The notes under the pieces: generated by a model
Databases searched by the model: none
Seen by the model: the letters and a program-made list of their open reading frames with translations, nothing else
Told to the model about the DNA's origin: nothing
Made by a program: the position numbers and the translations under genes
NCBI GenBank assembly: GCA_028292145.1
Contig: JAQGMX010000239.1
Location: 1 to 39,304, forward strand
Length of the DNA: 39,304 nucleotides
Origin: Variovorax sp.
GTDB taxonomy: Bacteria; Pseudomonadota; Gammaproteobacteria; Burkholderiales; Burkholderiaceae_C
Reading direction: 5' to 3'
Shown: positions 31,205 through 39,304 of the stretch, piece after piece
Layout of the letters: each line of letters opens with the position of its first letter
How positions within the stretch are numbered: position 1 is the first letter of the stretch

Positions 31205-31630
31205 ATGGCCGACGTTCCGGTCCGGTATCTGCTGGATACCAACATCTGCATCTACATTGCCAAGGGGCAGCCGCTTGCAGTACGTGCGCAGTTCGAACGC
31301 CACGCCATGAACAGCCTTGCCATGTCCACGATCACAGTGGGCGAACTGTGCTTCGGCGCGGAGAAAAGCCAATCACGAGAGCGCGCCATGGCCACGATCG
31401 ATCGGCTGGTGAAAATCATCAAGCCCAACGCGCTTCCATCGACCGCTGCGCAGCATTACGGCGATATTCGCGCCATCCTTCAGCGGCAGGGCCAGCCGAT
31501 CGGTAACAACGACCTGTGGCTTGCCGCGCACGCGCGCGCCGAAAACTGGACTCTGGTTACCAACAACACCCGCGAATTCGACCGGGTGCCGGGCCTTCAG
31601 GTCGAGAACTGGGTCGTCGAACCACTGTAG
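31205..31630 (+). CDS. vapC: VapC toxin (enteric VapC/VagD type; tRNA-fMet endonuclease family)
   Basis: YLLDTNICIY, STITVGELCFG, GQPIGNNDLWLAAHA, LVTNNTREFDRVPGLQVENW. Confidence 0.95.
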   Translation: MADVPVRYLLDTNICIYIAKGQPLAVRAQFERHAMNSLAMSTITVGELCFGAEKSQSRERAMATIDRLVKIIKPNALPSTAAQHYGDIRAILQRQGQPIGNNDLWLAAHARAENWTLVTNNTREFDRVPGLQVENWVVEPL

Positions 31631-32661
31631 TTCGCATCCGCCCCGCAGGCGTGGCAGAACTTCGAGAACGCGCTCTTCCGCGCATCGCAGCGCCCGCAGT
31701 GATCGAACAGGCCGATGCCGCAATGCGGGCAGAAGTCGATCTCCGGATTTTTCAGGTCGACCGGGCGCTCGCAGCCCGGGCAGACGCTTTTCGACAGCCG
31801 CGTCAGCGCCGTGTCGTAGCTGAGTTCCTCGCGCCGCACGAGATCGGGCTGGGCTTCGGCCAGCTTCTGTCGCGCCAGGTAGCGGTTGAGCGCCACGATG
31901 GCATAGCGCCCGACCAGCACCGTGACGACGATGCCCACCGCATAGCGCACATAGCCGCCGTAGCTCGGCAGGTAAGGCACCAGCTCGACGAAGAACGCGA
32001 ACAGCGCGAAGAAGATGAAGCCCCAGACGAACGGCCACCAGGTGCTCTGGCGCCTTTTGGCGAACAGCCAGCCGGCCGCGACCAGCAGCGGCAAAGTCAG
32101 CGCCAGCCGATAGCCCAACACGCGCAGCTCGACGCGGCGGTTCTCCATCGCCAACTTCTTGTTGGCCTCGGCCTCCAGTGCCATCAGCTGGCGGCGCGCG
32201 CCGGCGCCGGCCTGGCGAGCGTCGAGGCTGATTTGCTGTTGCGCCTCGACCGCCAGCCGCGCCGCGTCTTCGGTGCGCTTGAGCGCGTCGAGCGACCGGG
32301 TGCGCTCGATCAGTTCCGCATCCTGGCCGGGCTGCGCCGTGGCCTGCCGCGTCGCGATCCAGTTGCCGAAGCTTTCGCGCGCATTGCGACTGGCCTGCTG
32401 CGCGGCGGCGTACTTGAGCCGCGCCTGATCGAAGCTCTCTTTCGCCCGCTCTTCGACAGCTTCGGTCTGCTTCAGGCTGGCCCGCAGCGGATCTGCCGCG
32501 CGACGGTCGATGAAGTCGTCAATGCCGAGCGTGTGCTCGACTTTTGGCAGATCGCCGACGATCGTGCCGCCAAGTCCGATCAGAAAAGCCGCGAACACGG
32601 CAGCGACGACCCACAGCCCGCGACGGAACCACTTTTCGGAAAGGCGCAGGGATTTGCTCAT
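31597..32661 (-). CDS. Membrane protein with coiled-coil region and C-terminal double zinc ribbon
   Basis: N-terminal TM, long Ala/Gln/Arg-rich helical region, about three further TM segments, CPGC..CPHC..CGRC..CHAC. Confidence 0.85.
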   Translation of the reverse strand: MSKSLRLSEKWFRRGLWVVAAVFAAFLIGLGGTIVGDLPKVEHTLGIDDFIDRRAADPLRASLKQTEAVEERAKESFDQARLKYAAAQQASRNARESFGNWIATRQATAQPGQDAELIERTRSLDALKRTEDAARLAVEAQQQISLDARQAGAGARRQLMALEAEANKKLAMENRRVELRVLGYRLALTLPLLVAAGWLFAKRRQSTWWPFVWGFIFFALFAFFVELVPYLPSYGGYVRYAVGIVVTVLVGRYAIVALNRYLARQKLAEAQPDLVRREELSYDTALTRLSKSVCPGCERPVDLKNPEIDFCPHCGIGLFDHCGRCDARKSAFSKFCHACGADANYSGSTTQFST

Positions 32662-32670
32662 GTGGTCCGA

Positions 32671-33366
32671 TCAGCGCCTGCGCAGCAACTCTTCGCGCGT
32701 GTACGGCTGCGTCGTGCCAGCCATCCGCATCGCGATCAGTTCCAGCAGATCCTGTGTCGGCGCTGGTGTGCCGGGCCGCAGGACGAAAAGCGGCAACACC
32801 AGTCCGGCGACGGCGACCTGCCACGGGAAGCGCGGCATCGGGCGATGCCGGGCCAGCGTCAGGAAAATCGCGCTCACCGCAAGACCCAGCAGGAAGCCGC
32901 CGACGACTTCCGACACCGAATGCGCGTACAGCGCCAGCCGCGAGATGCCGATCCCCGCGCCGAGCGACCAGCCGACGAGTGTCGCCAACTGAAGACCGCG
33001 CGTCGAAGACGGACCTTGCGGATGGCGCGCCGTCCACCGCGAACTCGCCAGCCACAGGAGCACCGGCCAGACGCTGGTCGATATGGCCGTGTGGCCACTG
33101 AAACCGGTGAAGTTGAGGCGCGGACTGCCGATGCCCCAGCCCATGAATGCCAGCTTCGACACCATGATCACCAGGCTGCCGGTGCCGAAGACCACGCACC
33201 AGAGCAGCGCCGTGACGCGGGTTTCGCGCGACCAGGCGAGCAGCACCACGATCAGCAGCGACGCCGGCAGCAGGAGTCCGCTGTCGCCGAGCCAGGTGAA
33301 GGCGCGCCAGTAGCCGTGCGGAACGGCGCCCAGGAAATACCAGAAAACGTCGCGAAGACTGTTCAT
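32671..33366 (-). CDS. PAP2-family membrane phosphatase
   Basis: TWLGDS, KLAF..WG, FSGH, SRLALYAHSVSEV; start at ATG 33366 after GGCGAAG. Confidence 0.88.
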   Translation of the reverse strand: MNSLRDVFWYFLGAVPHGYWRAFTWLGDSGLLLPASLLIVVLLAWSRETRVTALLWCVVFGTGSLVIMVSKLAFMGWGIGSPRLNFTGFSGHTAISTSVWPVLLWLASSRWTARHPQGPSSTRGLQLATLVGWSLGAGIGISRLALYAHSVSEVVGGFLLGLAVSAIFLTLARHRPMPRFPWQVAVAGLVLPLFVLRPGTPAPTQDLLELIAMRMAGTTQPYTREELLRRR

Positions 33367-33379
33367 GACTTCGCCGCCT

Positions 33380-35332
33380 TCACGATGCGAGCAGATCGCC
33401 GACGCGGGCGCGCAGCAGCTCCGGCTGCACCTCGGCGGCAGGGATCGCGGCACCGACATGCAGCCCGACGCGGCTGTAGAAACCGCGGCGGAACGGCTGC
33501 ACCATCGCGACGCGCTTGCCGCCGCGCAGCTCGATCCGGCTGAAGAAAGAGCCCCAGAGGTTGATGAGCGCCATCGGCACCACCGGCGGAGCGATGCCTT
33601 CCGCGCGTGCATCGTCGAGGATCTTCATCACGCCGCCCCGGAAAACCTGCACCGATCCGTCCTGGGTGATCGCGCCTTCGGGAAAGATCGCCAGCAGGTC
33701 GCCGTCACGCAGCACCTGCGCGGCCTCGGCGAACGCGCGCGCATACGCGACCGGATCGTCCTTCTGCGGCGCGATCGGGATCGCCTTCGCCAGCCGGAAC
33801 AGCCAGCCGAGCACCGGCACGCGGAAGATGCGGTGGTCCATCAGGAAGCGGATCGGCCGGGGGCTCGCGGCCATCAGCAGCACCGCGTCGATGAAGCTGA
33901 CGTGGTTGCAGACCAGCACGGCCGCGCCCTCGGTCGGAATGTGCGCATCGCCGCGGATGCGGAAGCGGTAGATGAAGTTCGACAGCAACCAGGAGATGAA
34001 ACGCAAGAAATATTCGGGAACAAGCATGAAGATGTAGAAAGCGACGACCGCGTTGGCGATGCCGGTGAAAAGAAAGATTTGCGGGATCGTGAAGCCGGCA
34101 CCGAGCAAGGCGCCCGCCAGCACCGAACTGGCGATCATGAAAAGCGCATTGAGGATGTTATTCGCCGCGATGATGCGGGCCCGGTGCGTCGGCTGGCTGC
34201 GCAGTTGGATCAGCGCGTACATGGGCACGCTATAGAGCCCCGCGAACATCGACAGCAGACCCAGGTCAACCATCACGCGCCAGTGCGCAGGTTGTGCCAT
34301 GAAGGCGCCAACGCCCATCTCCGGGGCGGCCGGTAACCCGCGCGCAGCGAAGTACAGGTCGATCGCGAACACGCTCATGCCGATCGCGCCCAGCGGCACC
34401 AGCCCGATCTCGATCTGGCGCCGCCCCAGCACCTCGCACAGCAGCGAACCGACGCCGATCCCGACCGAGAACACCACCAGCAGCAGCGACGCCACCTGTT
34501 CGTTGCCGTGCAGCACTTCCTTGGCAAAGCTCGGGAACTGGCTCAGGAAGACTGCACCGAAGAACCACATCCACGAAATGCCGAGCAGCGACCGGAACAC
34601 GACGACGTTGGTGTTCGCCAACTTCAGGTTGCGCCAGGTTTCGCTGACCGGATTCCAGTTGATGACCAGCGCCGGATCGGTTGCGGGTGCGCGCGGAATC
34701 GCCTGCGCCACGCCGCGCCCGGCCAGCGCCAGAAGCACGCAGGCGACAGCCACGCTCGCATGGCCGACCTGCGGCAGCGCCACCAGCAACCCGCCCGCCA
34801 CCTGCCCGAGCAGGATGGCGACGAAGGTGCCCATCTCGACCATGCCGGTGCCGCCGGTGAGTTCGCGCGGGCCGAGCACCTGCGGCAGGTAGGCGAATTT
34901 CACCGGGCCGAAGAAGGTGGAGTGCAGCCCCATGAGGAACACGCAGCCCAGCAGCACCACGGCATTCGCGCTGAAAAATCCCCAGGCGGCGAGCGCCATG
35001 ATGGCGATTTCGGTGTTCTTGACGATGCGGATGATCTTCGTCTTGTCGAACTTGTCGGTGAACTGGCCGGCCGTGGCCGAAAACAGCAGAAAAGGCAGGA
35101 TGAACAGCGCGCCGATCACCAACCCGGCCAATGACGGCGGCATCCAGCCGAGCTGGAGCTGGTAGGTCACCATCACGGTGAAGGCGAACTTGAAGAGGTT
35201 GTCGTTGGCGGCGCCGGCGAACTGGGTCCAGAAGAACGGTGCGAAACGGCGCTGGCCGAGCAGCGCGAACTGGTTGGGATGCTGGTTCGGGCTGGATTCG
35301 GGGGCCGGAACGGCGGGGTCGGATCTCGTCAT
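33380..35332 (-). CDS. MFS transporter fused to a PlsC-type acyltransferase (LplT/Aas-like)
   Basis: RRFAPFFWTQF.GA.NDNLFK and FFGPVKFAYLPQ (LplT-like); VCNHVSFIDA and IFPEG (acyltransferase motifs). Confidence 0.92.
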   Translation of the reverse strand: MTRSDPAVPAPESSPNQHPNQFALLGQRRFAPFFWTQFAGAANDNLFKFAFTVMVTYQLQLGWMPPSLAGLVIGALFILPFLLFSATAGQFTDKFDKTKIIRIVKNTEIAIMALAAWGFFSANAVVLLGCVFLMGLHSTFFGPVKFAYLPQVLGPRELTGGTGMVEMGTFVAILLGQVAGGLLVALPQVGHASVAVACVLLALAGRGVAQAIPRAPATDPALVINWNPVSETWRNLKLANTNVVVFRSLLGISWMWFFGAVFLSQFPSFAKEVLHGNEQVASLLLVVFSVGIGVGSLLCEVLGRRQIEIGLVPLGAIGMSVFAIDLYFAARGLPAAPEMGVGAFMAQPAHWRVMVDLGLLSMFAGLYSVPMYALIQLRSQPTHRARIIAANNILNALFMIASSVLAGALLGAGFTIPQIFLFTGIANAVVAFYIFMLVPEYFLRFISWLLSNFIYRFRIRGDAHIPTEGAAVLVCNHVSFIDAVLLMAASPRPIRFLMDHRIFRVPVLGWLFRLAKAIPIAPQKDDPVAYARAFAEAAQVLRDGDLLAIFPEGAITQDGSVQVFRGGVMKILDDARAEGIAPPVVPMALINLWGSFFSRIELRGGKRVAMVQPFRRGFYSRVGLHVGAAIPAAEVQPELLRARVGDLLAS

Positions 35333-36192
35333 TCGAATGTCCCTATCGGGCTCCTCGGACCATCAGGGACGGCGATTGCGGCGGCGGTGGCGCGTGGATT
35401 GTGCCGCAGCGTAGCGTCATGACTTCTTTGCACGGCACGAAGCACCGGCCACGCAGCGCAAGCCGCGACGACGTGCTTCAGGCTGTGACCGGCCATCCAG
35501 TGATTCGTCGCTTCATACACGGCGTGGTCGCCCAGCTCGAACAGCTTGGCCAGCAGATAGAAACCGATGACAGCCGCCAGACGGAGATCGACGGCACCCG
35601 GCACCGGCCGCAACAGCGCGAGAACCAGCACCAGCGCGATGCCACCGAACTGGACGATCGCCCACGGCAGAACATTGCCGCTTCGCATGAAGGCAGCCGC
35701 CGCGAGCAGGCCGGCGATGAGCGCGAAACAGGCGATCGGCCAACCCGCACGCCGGCTGACGCGTTCACAGACGGCAAAACCGATCATCCCGGCAAAAGCG
35801 ACAGCCATGCCTGCGCGGTCGATCCCGAGACGGAACACATCCGGGCTCAGGTGATAGAGCGACGAGCAAACGGACGTGCACACAAGGCCGGCGAAGAAAA
35901 GCCGCGCACAGCGCAACACCGCGTTGGGCTGCGGCGGCAAGGGTGACCGTGGCGGCTGCGACGATCCGATACGGCGCAGCGCGACGAGGCCCCAGATGCC
36001 GAAGCCGGCGAACGGCAGGTTGCTCAACACGTCCATCGCGAACGGCAGACCGAGCCAGGCCCGCGCGTCTGCAAACTGCGCGTTGACGGTTGGATCTGGA
36101 ACGGCAGGCGCAAAAAGTGCGATCAGCAGCAGCGTCCCCATCAAGACAACAAGTGCGCGCTCCCGCGTCGAGACATTGTCCAGGATGGTCAT
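35329..36192 (-). CDS. CREST-superfamily (alkaline ceramidase-like) membrane hydrolase
   Basis: FADAR, DVLSNLPF, SSLYH (SxxxH), IDR, GHSLKH (HxxxH); ATGA overlap with the MFS gene. Confidence 0.8.
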   Translation of the reverse strand: MTILDNVSTRERALVVLMGTLLLIALFAPAVPDPTVNAQFADARAWLGLPFAMDVLSNLPFAGFGIWGLVALRRIGSSQPPRSPLPPQPNAVLRCARLFFAGLVCTSVCSSLYHLSPDVFRLGIDRAGMAVAFAGMIGFAVCERVSRRAGWPIACFALIAGLLAAAAFMRSGNVLPWAIVQFGGIALVLVLALLRPVPGAVDLRLAAVIGFYLLAKLFELGDHAVYEATNHWMAGHSLKHVVAACAAWPVLRAVQRSHDATLRHNPRATAAAIAVPDGPRSPIGTFE

Positions 36193-36250
36193 GGCACGTG
36201 ATCCGGTAGTTCTCGAAGAACGCGAATCTAGTTGCGGTCAAACCGAAATG

Positions 36251-36308
36251 GCATCAAAAATCGATACAGTTCTCCGAATCAGACCCAACAGTACCGGTTA
36301 ACGGTACT
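36251..36308. promoter_or_regulatory. Two palindromic boxes in the divergent promoter; candidate XRE operators
   Basis: AGTACCG-GTTAA-CGGTACT (36290-36308) and GCATCA-AAAAT-CGATAC (36251-36267), 40 bp apart. Confidence 0.55.
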
Positions 36309-36321
36309 TACTTCGCAATCC

Positions 36322-37053
36322 ATGAGCACCACCATCGACCTCGTCCTGGCATTGAAGCAGGAACTCAAGCGCGCACGCATGACCTACGCCGACCTGGCCC
36401 GGGCGCTGGGCATGGCCGAGTCGTCCGTCAAGCGGATGCTGGCCAAAGGCGACATGCCGCTCAGCCGGATCGACGCCATCTGCCGCGCGCTGAAGCTCGA
36501 CTTCGCGGAACTGGCGCAGCGGGTGGCCGACGCTCAGCCGCTGCTGCGCGAACTGACGCACGCGCAGGAGAAAGCGGTCGTCGTCGACAAGAAGCTGCTG
36601 CTGGTCGCCATCAACGTGCTGAGTCAGTGGACGCTGGAGCAGATCACCGGCGCCTACCGGATCAGCGAGGCTGAATGCATTGCCTGTCTGGCGCAGCTCG
36701 ACCGCATCGGCATCATCGAGCTGCGGCCGCTCAACCGCTATCGGCTCAAGCTGGCGAAGACCTTCAACTGGCGGCCGAACGGCCCGGTGATGGAATTCTT
36801 CCGCGAGAACGTGGTGCTCGACTATTACAGCGGCGGCTTCGACGGTCCGGGCGAAGGACTGCTACTGGTACACGGCTCGATCAGCCGGACGCTGGCGCCC
36901 TCCTTCGTCGAGCGACTGCAGCGTGTCGCCCAGGACTTTGCGCAACAGCACCAGGCCGACCAGAAACTGGCCGCAGCCGACCGGGAGGGCTACACGCTGC
37001 TCTTGGGGATGCGCAACTGGGAGTTCGCGCTGTTCGCTCAACTGCGCCGTTGA
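36322..37053 (+). CDS. XRE/Cro-C1-type HTH transcriptional regulator
   Basis: LKQELKRARMTYADLARALGMAESSVKRML HTH plus a ~170-aa C-terminal domain; ATG 36322. Confidence 0.92.
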   Translation: MSTTIDLVLALKQELKRARMTYADLARALGMAESSVKRMLAKGDMPLSRIDAICRALKLDFAELAQRVADAQPLLRELTHAQEKAVVVDKKLLLVAINVLSQWTLEQITGAYRISEAECIACLAQLDRIGIIELRPLNRYRLKLAKTFNWRPNGPVMEFFRENVVLDYYSGGFDGPGEGLLLVHGSISRTLAPSFVERLQRVAQDFAQQHQADQKLAAADREGYTLLLGMRNWEFALFAQLRR

Positions 37054-37063
37054 CCGGCAGCGG

Positions 37064-39288
<2,225 letters not shown>

Positions 39289-39304
39289 GGTGTCGTTCGT
39301 CGGG

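Noticed and set aside
31516-33543. 675-aa plus-strand ORF
   Set aside because: Antisense to the zinc-ribbon and PAP2 genes; low-complexity translation.

Overview
Betaproteobacterial chromosome segment; gene order and an intergenic palindromic element suggest Comamonadaceae, Variovorax-like (inference). (1) 1-9.8 kb, minus strand, mostly AT-richer: a type I secretion locus (TolC-family OMF, LapB/HlyB-type ABC, HlyD MFP, OmpA-domain protein) followed by the first ~1205 codons of a giant Ig-repeat adhesin that the ORF track misses because it runs off the left edge. (2) A Bug/TctC solute-binding protein, a DUF1840 gene and an initiator tRNA-fMet. (3) The complete spc-alpha ribosomal cluster from rplN to rplQ, detached from the S10 operon, with structured intergenic leaders. 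(4) GC-rich core genes proC, ubiA, dps, oxyR, recG, TIGR01777, queA and tgt; tgt is bracketed by two unrelated vapBC modules and its start overlaps the first toxin's stop. (5) A putative membrane-lipid operon (CREST hydrolase, MFS-acyltransferase, PAP2, zinc-ribbon membrane protein) divergent from an XRE regulator, then pip and a FIST protein. Best leads: the vapBC-bracketed queuosine gene, the OmpA-domain protein inside the T1SS-adhesin locus, the XRE-linked lipid operon with palindromic boxes, a 30-residue in-frame deletion in the adhesin, and degenerate copies of the recG 3' end. All family assignments are from motif recognition by eye; no searches were run.
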